Positions 10,520 to 19,499 of a stretch of 64,000 nt of DNA are shown piece by piece. The DNA is taken from NCBI GenBank assembly GCA_963765575.1, contig CAVXWZ010000001.1, positions 352,001-416,000 of the forward strand, given 5' to 3'. A model generated the notes under the pieces. That model was not told the DNA's origin. It made no database searches and saw only the letters and a list, made by a program, of their open reading frames with translations. This stretch comes from an uncultured cyanobacterium (GTDB taxonomy: Bacteria > Cyanobacteriota > Cyanobacteriia > PCC-6307 > Cyanobiaceae). The translations under genes and the position numbers were made by a program. How positions within the stretch are numbered: position 1 is the stretch's first letter; each line of letters begins with the position of its first letter.

Positions 10520-11521
10520 ATGGTGGTGGGCACGAGCGCGCCCCCCTTGGCCTTCCTGCTGGAGCTGGTGCCGGCCCTGGTCGTCGGTCTGTTGCTGGCG
10601 CGCCGGTACCAGGGGCTGGCCGCCCGGCTGGCGCCGCCGCTGATGCAGTGGGGGGTGCCGCTGAGCATCACCGCCCTGCTGCTGCGCAGCGGCCTGCACT
10701 GGCGCTATGGCGAGGTGCTGGTGCTCACCCTGGCGGCGGTGTTGGGCGCTCTGCTGCTGCTGGCGGGGGTGCCGCGGCTGCGGGCCCGGTTCAGCACGCC
10801 GCCCCAGCGCCTCGGGGCGGTGGTGGGCAACACCGCCTACTTCGGCATTCCCGCCGCCCTGGCGCTGCTGCCCGCCGGCGCCGTGGGCTACAGCATCAGC
10901 TACGACCTGGCCGCCACCCTGATCACCTGGTGCATCGGCCCCGCCCTGATCGGCCGGGAGGCCCTGCAGGCACCGCTGGTGCTGCGGGCGATGGTCGCCA
11001 GTCCGGCCACCCGGGGGTTGCTGGGGGCACTGGTGTTGCAGTGGACCCCCTGGCAGGCGTCGCTGGCCGCCGCCCTGTGGTGGCCGGCGCGGCTGGTGAT
11101 CTGGCTGTCGCTGGTGGTGGTGGGGCTGCGGCTGGGTCCGGCCCTGGGGCAGCGGCTGCCGCTGCGGCTGCTGCCGGCCCTGACGGTGAAGCTGCTGTTG
11201 TTTCCGCTGCTGCTGCTGGCGGGGGTGCAGCTGCTGGGCATTCCCGAGCCCGCCAGCTCGGCGGTGGTGCTGCAGGCGGCGGCGCCCACCGCTGTGTCGG
11301 TGTTGCTGCTTTCGGAAGCTGCCCAGGGCGATGGAACGGCTGCCGAGGGCGGGACGGCTGCCCAGGGCGGGACGGTTGCCCAGGGCGGGATGGTGAGCCC
11401 GCAAAGCGATGGGACGGTGTTCGAGGCCGCCGCCCTGGTGTTCTGGAGCACCCTGCTGGCCTTGGTCACGGTGCCGCTGTGGGCCTGGCTGCTGGGGGCC
11501 GGCCGAACCCCCGGGGCTTGA
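10520..11521 (+). CDS. AEC (auxin efflux carrier) family transporter
   Basis: GNTAYFGIP and LQAAAPTAVS motifs, many TM segments. Confidence 0.8.
   Translation: MVVGTSAPPLAFLLELVPALVVGLLLARRYQGLAARLAPPLMQWGVPLSITALLLRSGLHWRYGEVLVLTLAAVLGALLLLAGVPRLRARFSTPPQRLGAVVGNTAYFGIPAALALLPAGAVGYSISYDLAATLITWCIGPALIGREALQAPLVLRAMVASPATRGLLGALVLQWTPWQASLAAALWWPARLVIWLSLVVVGLRLGPALGQRLPLRLLPALTVKLLLFPLLLLAGVQLLGIPEPASSAVVLQAAAPTAVSVLLLSEAAQGDGTAAEGGTAAQGGTVAQGGMVSPQSDGTVFEAAALVFWSTLLALVTVPLWAWLLGAGRTPGA
11321..11394 (+). repeat. In-frame 18-bp tandem repeat, about 4 degenerate units, inside the AEC gene
   Basis: Unit GGGACGGCTGCCCAGGGC; encodes GTAAEG-GTAAQG-GTVAQG-GMV. Confidence 0.8.
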
Positions 11522-11560
11522 ATGGCGACCAGTTCGGACGGCCCGCCGGGCTGCTGCAGC

Positions 11561-12505
11561 ATGAAGATCCTGGTGATGGGGGGCACCCGCTTCGTGGGCC
11601 GGCCCCTGGTGCAGCTGCTGCAGGCGGCGGGCCATGAGCTCACCCTGTTCACCCGCGGCCGCAATCCACTGCCGGCGGGCGTGGAGTCGCTGGTGGGTGA
11701 CCGCAGCACGGCGGCGGGGCTGGCGGTGCTGCAGGGACGCCGCTTCGAGGTGATCGTGGACAGCTCCGGCCGCAGCCTCGACGACACCCGTGCCGTGATC
11801 GAGCGCACCGAAGCCCCCGCCCACCGCTTGGTCTATGTGAGCTCGGCCGGGGTCTACGCCGACAGCGAGCTCTGGCCGCTGGATGAAACCAGCCCCACCG
11901 ATCCCGCCAGCCGCCATGCCGGCAAGGCCGACACCGAGGCCTGGCTGCGCCAGCAGGGGATCGCCTTCACCAGCTTCCGGCCCACCTACATCGTGGGGCC
12001 CGGCAACTACAACCCTGTGGAGAGCTGGTTCTTCGATCGCATCGTGCACGGGCGGCCCGTGCCCCTGCCCGCTGATGGCAGCACCATCACCCAGCTGGGT
12101 CACGTGCGCGACCTGGCCACCGCCATGGCCCGCTGCATCGAGGTGGAGGCGGCGGCGAACCGCATCTACAACTGCAGCGGCCGCCAGGGGGTGACCTTCC
12201 GCGGCCTGGTGGCCGCCGCCGCCCGTGCCGCCGGCCGGGATCCGGCCAGCGTGGAGATCCGCAGCTTTGATCCGAGCCGCCTCGATGCCAAGGCGCGCAA
12301 GGCCTTTCCCCTGCGTCTGGCCCACTTCCTCACCGACATCACGCGGGTGCGGCGGGAACTGGCCTGGGAGCCCGCCTTCGACGTGGAGGCCACCCTGGCG
12401 GACAGCTACGCCAACGACTACGCCCTGCGCCAGCCCAGCGCCCCCGATTTCAGCGGCGACGACGCCCTGCTCAGCCCCGCCGCAGGTAGCCCCAGGCCGA
12501 GCTGA
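11561..12505 (+). CDS. NAD-dependent epimerase/dehydratase (CSP41-like RNA-binding protein)
   Basis: MKILVMGGTRFVG, YVSSAGVY, RPTYIVGPGNYN, KARKAFPLR. Confidence 0.85.
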   Translation: MKILVMGGTRFVGRPLVQLLQAAGHELTLFTRGRNPLPAGVESLVGDRSTAAGLAVLQGRRFEVIVDSSGRSLDDTRAVIERTEAPAHRLVYVSSAGVYADSELWPLDETSPTDPASRHAGKADTEAWLRQQGIAFTSFRPTYIVGPGNYNPVESWFFDRIVHGRPVPLPADGSTITQLGHVRDLATAMARCIEVEAAANRIYNCSGRQGVTFRGLVAAAARAAGRDPASVEIRSFDPSRLDAKARKAFPLRLAHFLTDITRVRRELAWEPAFDVEATLADSYANDYALRQPSAPDFSGDDALLSPAAGSPRPS

Positions 12506-13064
12506 GCGCCAGCAGCAGCGAGGGCCAGAACAGCCAGTAGCCCAGCTGATGCAGGGCCAGGGGCAGGTCTATGGGCAGGCCTGATGGCCCAGCGGCAGCG
12601 AGTCGCCAGCTGCAGGGCCAGAGCAGCAGCAGCAGGCTGCTGAACTGCAGCACGGTCTTGGCCTTGCCGCCCAGGGAGGCGGGGCCGCCGCCGCTGGCCC
12701 CGGAGCGCCAGCCGGAGATCAGCAGTTCGCGGCCCAGCAGCAGCCAGATCGCCCAGAGCGGCAGCTGCTGGGGCCAGGCCGGCTGGGCGCCGAGCCAGAG
12801 CAGGGGAGCGGCGATCAGGATCTTGTCGGTGAGGGGATCGAGGCGCGCCCCCCAGCTCGTGCCGCCGCCGGCGCGGCGTGCCAGCCAGCCATCAGCGCCG
12901 TCGCTGAGGCCGCCCAGCACCAGCAACCACCAGGCCCACGCGGCCCAGCCGGCGCCGAGGGCCAGGATCAGCGGCAGGCCCAGCAGCGCCCGGCCCACGG
13001 TGAGGCCATTGGCCAGCCGGCGCAGGTGGGCCCCGGCGTGCTGCGGTGGATCGACGCGGCCCAT
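12471..13064 (-). CDS. CDP-alcohol phosphatidyltransferase (PgsA-like)
   Basis: DGADGWLARR...GARLDPLTDK signature. Confidence 0.85.
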   Translation of the reverse strand: MGRVDPPQHAGAHLRRLANGLTVGRALLGLPLILALGAGWAAWAWWLLVLGGLSDGADGWLARRAGGGTSWGARLDPLTDKILIAAPLLWLGAQPAWPQQLPLWAIWLLLGRELLISGWRSGASGGGPASLGGKAKTVLQFSSLLLLLWPCSWRLAAAGPSGLPIDLPLALHQLGYWLFWPSLLLALSSAWGYLRRG

Positions 13065-13153
13065 CGCGGCTGGCGGCTGCTGGGGCGCCCATTGTGAAGG
13101 CGGCGCCTTCCCAGGCCCAGAATGGTTCCACCGTTCTTCCGCCCCCTGCCGCC

Positions 13154-13618
13154 GTGGTGCAACAGCCCGTCTCCGCCGTGATGACCACCCCGGTGCTCAG
13201 TGTCACGGTCGACACGCCCCTGCAGAACGCCGTGAAGCTGCTCAGCGATCACCACATCAGCGGCCTGCCGGTGGTGGATGCCGACGGGGCCCTGGTGGGG
13301 GAACTGACCGAGCGCGACCTGATGGTGCGCGAGAGCGGCTTCCAGCCGGGCCCCTACGTGATGCTGCTCGATGCGGTGATCTACCTGCGCAACCCGCTCA
13401 ACTGGGATCGGGAGGTGCACCAGGTGCTGGGCAGCACCGTGGGCGAGGTGATGAACCGCAACCCCCACAGCTGTGCGGCCTCGCTGGGTCTGCCGGCGGC
13501 GGCAGGCCAGCTGCATGAGGGCGCCACCCAGCGGTTGTTCGTGCTCGACGACGCCCGCCGACCGCTGGGCGTGCTCACCCGCGGCGACGTGGTGCGGGCC
13601 CTGGCCGCCGGCGCCTGA
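13154..13618 (+). CDS. CBS-domain pair protein
   Basis: ISGLPVVD...VGELTERDL; LGVLTRGDVVRAL. Confidence 0.85.
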   Translation: MVQQPVSAVMTTPVLSVTVDTPLQNAVKLLSDHHISGLPVVDADGALVGELTERDLMVRESGFQPGPYVMLLDAVIYLRNPLNWDREVHQVLGSTVGEVMNRNPHSCAASLGLPAAAGQLHEGATQRLFVLDDARRPLGVLTRGDVVRALAAGA

Positions 13619-14270
13619 ACGGCTCAGGGGCCGCTGGGCCCCAGGCCACCACGGCAGAGTCGGCCACCAGCCAGCACTGCTCCCGGGGGTTGATGGGGTG
13701 GCCGCCGGTGAGATCCCCGAAGGCCGGCAGCGCCAGCCGCTGCTGCTGGGGGTCGTAGCTGAAGCAGGGCAGCCGCAGCCGGTCGGCGCCGCGGCCGACC
13801 AGGGCCACCGGGTGCAGATGGCCGCAGATGTTGAGCTGGCCGGGCCGCGGCTCGGGTGCATGGCTGAGCCACCAGGGGCCGAGCTCCTGGCTGGGTTGCT
13901 GGGGCAGCCCGGCGATCCAGCTGCCGCGCTCATGGTTGCCCCCCACCAGCTCCAGCGGACAGTCCAGCAGCTCCGGCAGGGCCGCGAGCTTGGCGCGCAG
14001 CTCGGCGGTGAGGCCCAGGCGGCTGTGGATCAGGTCGCCCAGCACCAGCACCCGCTGGGGCCGCAACCGGTGCGCCAGCTCCAGCAGACGGTTGACGTTG
14101 CCGGCATCGCCATCGCTGGGCAGGGCCACGCCGTGGGCCTGGAGGGTTTCGGCCTTGCCCAGGTGCACATCGGCCAGCAGCAGCACGCGGCGCCGGGGGT
14201 CGAAGGCGGCCCGGTCGCTGAGCAGCTGCAGCTCCTCCCCCTGCCATTGGAAGCCAGTGCTGCTGTTCAC
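13575..14270 (-). CDS. pdeM: Ligase-associated DNA damage response metallophosphoesterase/endonuclease
   Basis: ADVHLGK, LGDLIH, GGNHE, CGHLHP, LPAFGDLTGG. Confidence 0.85.
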   Translation of the reverse strand: MNSSTGFQWQGEELQLLSDRAAFDPRRRVLLLADVHLGKAETLQAHGVALPSDGDAGNVNRLLELAHRLRPQRVLVLGDLIHSRLGLTAELRAKLAALPELLDCPLELVGGNHERGSWIAGLPQQPSQELGPWWLSHAPEPRPGQLNICGHLHPVALVGRGADRLRLPCFSYDPQQQRLALPAFGDLTGGHPINPREQCWLVADSAVVAWGPAAPEPFRRRRPGPAPRRRG

Positions 14271-14878
14271 CGCGGGCCGATGGCGCGCTGGTAGGCGGGG
14301 CGGGCCTGGGTGGCGGCGATGGTGGCCTGCACGTGGGGCCAGGGGCTGAGGTCGATCTCGGGGAAAAAGATGGGCAGGTAGGCCAGGTAGGCCTGCACGG
14401 CGCAGTCGGCGGCACCCCAGCACTCGCCCACCAGCGGCCCGCCGCCGGCCAGCTGGTCGTTGAGCACGCCCATCAGGCGCGGGAATTCGCGCTCGCGGTT
14501 GCTGGCCACGAACAGGGCCACCGCCAGGGTGGAGTTGGCGAACAGCAGCCACTGGGCCACCAGCGCCCGGCGGGCGGCCCCCTGCTCCGCGTCAGCCACC
14601 GCCGGGCCCGTGAACTCGCCGCCGTAGCGCTCGGCCAGGAACAGCAGGATGGCGCCGCTCTCGAACAGCTGCAGCGCTCCGCCGCCGGGTGCCTCCAGGC
14701 TGTCGTCGGCCAGGGCCGGCAGCTTGGCGAAGGGGTTGATGGCGGTGAAGGCCGGCTGGCGGTGTTCGCCCGCCTGCAGATCCAGCTCGATCAAGCGGTA
14801 GGGGATTCCCTTCTCCTCCAGATACCAGCGCGGCATGGAGGCGCGGGTGCGGGCGCCGCCGTAGAGGGTGAGGGTCAC
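14267..14878 (-). CDS. Glutathione S-transferase
   Basis: LYGGARTRASMPRWYLEE, INPFAKLP, LFESGAIL. Confidence 0.9.
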   Translation of the reverse strand: MTLTLYGGARTRASMPRWYLEEKGIPYRLIELDLQAGEHRQPAFTAINPFAKLPALADDSLEAPGGGALQLFESGAILLFLAERYGGEFTGPAVADAEQGAARRALVAQWLLFANSTLAVALFVASNREREFPRLMGVLNDQLAGGGPLVGECWGAADCAVQAYLAYLPIFFPEIDLSPWPHVQATIAATQARPAYQRAIGPR

Positions 14879-15000
14879 GGACTGGCGGCAGGGCGGCGGC
14901 CAGCCTATGGGCGTAGGGCGCCAGGCAGAGGCGCCAGCAGAGGGCGGCGCCCGCCGGGTTGCGGCCACACAATCGGAATGGCGGCAGCGAGCGAGGGCCG

Positions 15001-17148
15001 ATGGCGAATCCCGAAACCAACCCTGACCCAGTCAGCGATCCAGCCAGCGGCCCCGATGCCCGCCAGCAGGCCTGTCTGCTGACGCTCGCGCCCCATCTGC
15101 TGGGGCGGGCGCGGCGCGGCGTGGTGGGCAGCAGCCGCTATGCCGAGCGCCTGCGCGAGGCCGTGCGCCAGGCGGCCGGCGACCCCCAGGCCCGGCCGGT
15201 GCTGATCAGCGGCGAGCCGGGGCTGGAGAAGGACAACCTCGCTGCCCTGATCCACTTCGGCAGTGCGCGGCGCCGCCGGCTGCTGGCCCGCATCGATGCC
15301 GTGAGCCTGGGCGAGGAAGGGGTCGCCCTGTTTGGCAGCGCCTCTTCGGGTGGCGACGGCTCCCTGCTGGATTGTCTCGGCGATGGCGCCCTGCTGATCG
15401 ACAACCTCGATCGCGCCGATGCCCGCCTGCGGCCCCGTCTGCTGGAGCTGCTGCGCAGCGGCCGCTGGCGGGCGCCCGGGGCCGGCAGCCGGGAGCGGCA
15501 CTTCAGGGGCCGGCTGTTCTGCACCACCGAATCGGCCCTGCCGGAGTTCGACTGCTGGGCCGCCGTGATCCGGGTGCCGCCGCTGCGGGTGCGGCGCCAG
15601 GACCTGGGCGAATGGCTGCGCTACGGCCTCTGCCAGCAGGCACGCCGGCTGGGCTGGAGCAGTCCGCCGCGGGTGAGCGAGGCGGCGGTGAAGCGGCTGC
15701 AGAACCACGACTTCCCCGGCAACGTGCGCGAGTTGGAGGGACTGATCGAGCGGGCCCTGCGCCAGTGCGCCGCCGAGCGGCCGGCGGAACTGCCGGAGGA
15801 GGCCTTCTGGACCGGGTCGCGCACGGCGCCGGCGCGGTTTGACCTCTGGCGCTGGAAACCCCGGCTGCGCTTCTGGATGCGCGCGCCGCGGCTGTGGAAC
15901 ACCCTGCTGTTCGGCCTGGTGAGCTGGCTGTTCGTGCTGGTCAACCTGTGGCTCTGGCTCGGCCCCCAGGACCGGGCCCACAACGGCGCCCTCAACCTCT
16001 TCTGGGCCTGGTGGTGGCCCCTGATCCTGCTCGGCTTCCCGCTGGTGGGGCGGCTGTGGTGCTCCTTCTGCCCCTTCATGGTGTGGGGTGAGATCAGCCA
16101 GCGCCTGGCCCGCCGCCTGGGCTGGCAGCCGCGCCCCTGGCCGCGGGGCGACAGCGACCGCTGGGCGGCACCGCTGCTGGCGGCCGGCTTCGCCCTGATC
16201 CTGCTCTGGGAGGAGGTGTGGGACATGGAGAACAGCGCCTGGCTGAGCAGTTGCCTGTTGCTGGCGATCACCGCCGGGGCGGTGTTGGGGTCGCTGCGCT
16301 TCGAGCGGCGCTTCTGGTGCCGGTTCCTCTGCCCGGTGGGGGGCATGAACGGGCTGTTCGCCAAGCTCTCGATCCTGGAACTGCGCGCCGAGGCCGGCAC
16401 CTGCAGCGGCAGCTGCAGCAGCTATGGCTGCTTCAAGGGCGGCCCGGCGGTGGGGGAGGGTCTGGCCACCGCCGGCTGCCCCCTGGGCACCCACCCCGCC
16501 CACCTGGCCGACAACCGCAACTGCGTGCTCTGTCTCACCTGCGCGGCCGCCTGTCCCCACCGCTCGGTGCAGCTGCGCCTGCGTCCCCCCGCCGCCGACC
16601 TGCAGCGGGAGATGCAGCCGCCGGCCGGCGAAGCCGGGCTGATCCTGGTGCTGGCCGGCGGCATCGTGCTGCACCACTGGCAGCGGCTGCTGGGCGGCTT
16701 GCCCCTGGCACCTGCCAGCCTGCAGCAGGGGCCGCTGCTGCCGCGGCTGGCCTTCGCCGCCCTGGCCCTGGCCCTGCCCGGCCTGGTGTTTCTGCTCAGC
16801 CGTCCCCTGCTGGCGGCCCGGCAGCGGCGCCTGCTGCTCTATGCCCTGCTGCCGCTGCTCTGGGCCCTGCTGCTGGCCCGCCACCTGCCCCTGGGCCTGG
16901 CCGAAGCGGGGCAGCTGCTGGCGGTGAGCCTGGGGCCGCTGGCGACCGGCCTCGCCCATTGGCCGTCCTGGAGCGCTGACCCCCACGTGATCGGCTTCTG
17001 CCAGAGCGCAGCAGTGTTGCTGGGTCTGGCCTGGGTGGTGCCGCTGCTGCGGCGGCTGTGGCCGGCGCCGCGCCTGCAACTGGCGGGGCTGGCCGTCGCT
17101 GTGGTGCTGGCGGCCGGCGGCCGCTGGCTGGTGGCCCTGCCGGGATAA
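15001..17148 (+). CDS. Sigma54-type AAA domain fused to a polytopic 4Fe-4S (NapH/CcoG-like) membrane domain
   Basis: VLISGEPGLEK, FPGNVREL, WCSFCP, WCRFLCPVGG, CVLCLTCAAACP. Confidence 0.8.
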   Translation: MANPETNPDPVSDPASGPDARQQACLLTLAPHLLGRARRGVVGSSRYAERLREAVRQAAGDPQARPVLISGEPGLEKDNLAALIHFGSARRRRLLARIDAVSLGEEGVALFGSASSGGDGSLLDCLGDGALLIDNLDRADARLRPRLLELLRSGRWRAPGAGSRERHFRGRLFCTTESALPEFDCWAAVIRVPPLRVRRQDLGEWLRYGLCQQARRLGWSSPPRVSEAAVKRLQNHDFPGNVRELEGLIERALRQCAAERPAELPEEAFWTGSRTAPARFDLWRWKPRLRFWMRAPRLWNTLLFGLVSWLFVLVNLWLWLGPQDRAHNGALNLFWAWWWPLILLGFPLVGRLWCSFCPFMVWGEISQRLARRLGWQPRPWPRGDSDRWAAPLLAAGFALILLWEEVWDMENSAWLSSCLLLAITAGAVLGSLRFERRFWCRFLCPVGGMNGLFAKLSILELRAEAGTCSGSCSSYGCFKGGPAVGEGLATAGCPLGTHPAHLADNRNCVLCLTCAAACPHRSVQLRLRPPAADLQREMQPPAGEAGLILVLAGGIVLHHWQRLLGGLPLAPASLQQGPLLPRLAFAALALALPGLVFLLSRPLLAARQRRLLLYALLPLLWALLLARHLPLGLAEAGQLLAVSLGPLATGLAHWPSWSADPHVIGFCQSAAVLLGLAWVVPLLRRLWPAPRLQLAGLAVAVVLAAGGRWLVALPG

Positions 17149-17170
17149 TGACCTGAACGCCACCACCGCG

Positions 17171-17251
17171 ATGACCACCGCCCTGCTGATCGCCCTGGCC
17201 GTCTCCCTGGGGCTGATGACCTGGATCATCAAGCGGCTGGAGCAGGCCTGA
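17171..17251 (+). CDS. Putative 26-aa single-pass membrane microprotein
   Basis: MTTALLIALAVSLGLMTWIIKRLEQA*, host-like GC3, 22 nt after the upstream stop. Confidence 0.5.
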   Translation: MTTALLIALAVSLGLMTWIIKRLEQA

Positions 17252-17273
17252 CGCCCCAGCCCGGCGCCGGCGC

Positions 17274-18431
17274 TCAGGGGGGCAGGGAGCCGGCCAGGCG
17301 GGCACAGCCGCCAGCCTGGGCCTTGGCCGCATACATCGCCCGGTCGGCGGCAGCCAACAGCTCCTGCACCCCGCGGGCGTTGTCGGGGTAGCGGGCGATG
17401 CCGATGCTGGCTGAGAGCGCCAGATCGAGCTGCAGCTCGGCCAGGGGCTGTTCGCTCACCTGGATCAACTTGGCGGCGATCTGGCCCAGTTCCGCGTCGC
17501 CGCCGGCCTGGGACACCAGCACCACGAACTCATCGCCCCCCTGGCGGCAGAGCAGGTCGGTTTCGCGCAGCACGCCCTGCAGGCGCCGCGCCATCAGCTG
17601 CAGCACCTGATCGCCCATGGCATGGCCGTAGCGGTCGTTGACCTGCTTGAAGCCATCGAGATCGAGGAACAGCAGCGCCACCGCCCCGTGATGGCGCCGG
17701 GCCAGGGCCAGGTCCCGTTCCAGTTGCTCCAGCAGCACGGTGCGGTTGGCCAGGCCCGTGAGCTGGTCGTGGCGGGCCTGGTGGAGCACCGCCTTCTCCG
17801 CCGCGTAGCGCTCGGTGACGTCCTCGAGCATGCCCACGAAGTAGCGGGGCTTCTGGTCGGCGTCGCGCACGGTGGAGATGGCCAGGTGGTGGCGCCGCTG
17901 CTCGCCGCTGCTCACCCTGTTCCAGAGGTCGCCCTGCCAGTGCCCCCGGCTGAGCAGGCTGCCCCACAGCTCGGCATAGAAGCTCGGCCCGTGGCGGCCG
18001 GAGCGCAGCAGGTTGGTGTGCCGCCCGAGCACCTCCACGGGCCGGTAGCCGCTGAGCCGGCTGAAGGCCTCGTTGACCATCAGGATGCGGCCCTGGGGGT
18101 CGCTGACGACGATGCCCAGCCGCGACGCCTCGAACACGGTGCTGGCCAGCGCCCGTTCCTGGGCCGCCGCTTCGCTCACGGCCAGGGCCGCACGCATGGT
18201 GAGGTGGCTGTTGACCAGCGCCTGGCTGCCCAGGGCCGCCAGGACGCTGGCCCCCAGCCCGCCGGCCAGCAGCAGCGTGAGGCGGTGCTGCCGGCCGCCC
18301 GGCGCCGCCAGCAGGCCGGTGAGCAGCAGTCCCCCCGCCAGCACCAGCAGCGGCAGTGCCCGCAGGGGATAGCGCCTTCGTGGCTCGGGCGGGGTTGCCA
18401 CGCGTCCGGCTCCGGGGCCCGGGCCCCCCAC
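17274..18431 (-). CDS. PAS-GGDEF diguanylate cyclase with N-terminal TM segments
   Basis: HDQLTGLANR, FLDLDGFKQVND, GGDEF; start uncertain. Confidence 0.9.
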   Translation of the reverse strand: MGGPGPGAGRVATPPEPRRRYPLRALPLLVLAGGLLLTGLLAAPGGRQHRLTLLLAGGLGASVLAALGSQALVNSHLTMRAALAVSEAAAQERALASTVFEASRLGIVVSDPQGRILMVNEAFSRLSGYRPVEVLGRHTNLLRSGRHGPSFYAELWGSLLSRGHWQGDLWNRVSSGEQRRHHLAISTVRDADQKPRYFVGMLEDVTERYAAEKAVLHQARHDQLTGLANRTVLLEQLERDLALARRHHGAVALLFLDLDGFKQVNDRYGHAMGDQVLQLMARRLQGVLRETDLLCRQGGDEFVVLVSQAGGDAELGQIAAKLIQVSEQPLAELQLDLALSASIGIARYPDNARGVQELLAAADRAMYAAKAQAGGCARLAGSLPP

Positions 18432-18524
18432 ACGACAGCACTGGCCTAGCAGGGCCAGGCCCGCCCTGCCTGAGGTGCCAGCCGATCCTCAGGTGTCAAC
18501 CAACCATCGGGGGCCAGAGACTGG

Positions 18525-18833
18525 GTGCAGGTTGCAACCCCGCATGCCTTGGCGCCTGTTCGTCGTCCGATCCTCCAGGGTGTTGTTCTGGCGGCCGTCG
18601 TCGTTCTGGGGGGCTGGCTGCCGGCTCAGGGTGCCACGGTTCTCGATGAGCTGATCCGCGGCCATTGCCTCAAGGCGATCAGAGCTGAGGAGGAGGTGTC
18701 CGGCCTTGCGGCACCGGACGGCATGGACGCCTACACCTGCGATTGTGTGGTGGAGGAGTTCAACAAGGGCACCTCGATTGATCAGGCCATCGCCAGCTGC
18801 AAGCAAGCCGCGATCGAGGCCTTCGGCCTCTGA
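18525..18833 (+). CDS. Small secreted Cys-containing hypothetical protein
   Basis: Signal-like N-terminus; C, CxC and C pattern. Confidence 0.55.
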   Translation: MQVATPHALAPVRRPILQGVVLAAVVVLGGWLPAQGATVLDELIRGHCLKAIRAEEEVSGLAAPDGMDAYTCDCVVEEFNKGTSIDQAIASCKQAAIEAFGL

Positions 18834-18839
18834 AGGGGC

Positions 18840-19490
18840 GTGCTCTGGCTGCGATGGGCCCATGACCCGCCTCGGCCCGTGACCCCCTTCGCTGTGCTGG
18901 TGCTCTTGGCCTCGTGGGGCTGGGGCCAACCGCACCAGGCCCGAGCAACCGCCACGGCCATCGATGCGACCATCGATGCGGCCATCGACGCGGGCAGCGG
19001 TGGAGCCCCGGAGATGATCGTGGCCTTCGCCGAAGATCCCCACCGCAGCCTGGCCGCGGCGCGCCTGCAGCGCCAGCGGCCCAACGCCAGGCTGCTGATT
19101 CAGGGCAGCCGCTCGCTGCTGGAGCTCTCAGAGCGGCGTCTGAAGGCGGCCCGCCTGTGGTCCGATCCCCCGCCCCGGCTGCTGGAGCTGCGCGGACACT
19201 GCGACACCGTGGGACAACTGACCCAACTGGTGCCTCTGCTGGAGCGCCAGTCCGTTCCGGGGCGGCTGACCGTGGTCACCAGCCGGCCCCATCTGCAGCG
19301 CTCCGTTGCCATTGCCCATGTCCTCACGTTCCAGCGGGGCTGGCGGGTGGCTGGTGTGGCGGTTGACGAGGGCTTCATCACCCCCCAGCACCCGCTCAGC
19401 ACCCCCCGGGACATGCTGCGCGCCCTGCTCTGGCGCCTCACCGGCTGGCATGGCCGCCTCAGCCGCTGCAGCCAACACCCGCCGCTCTGA
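18840..19490 (+). CDS. YdcF/DUF218-like protein
   Basis: CDTVGQ, VVTSRPHLQRS, RDMLRALLWRLTG. Confidence 0.65.
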   Translation: MLWLRWAHDPPRPVTPFAVLVLLASWGWGQPHQARATATAIDATIDAAIDAGSGGAPEMIVAFAEDPHRSLAAARLQRQRPNARLLIQGSRSLLELSERRLKAARLWSDPPPRLLELRGHCDTVGQLTQLVPLLERQSVPGRLTVVTSRPHLQRSVAIAHVLTFQRGWRVAGVAVDEGFITPQHPLSTPRDMLRALLWRLTGWHGRLSRCSQHPPL

Positions 19491-19499
19491 CGCCTGCCC

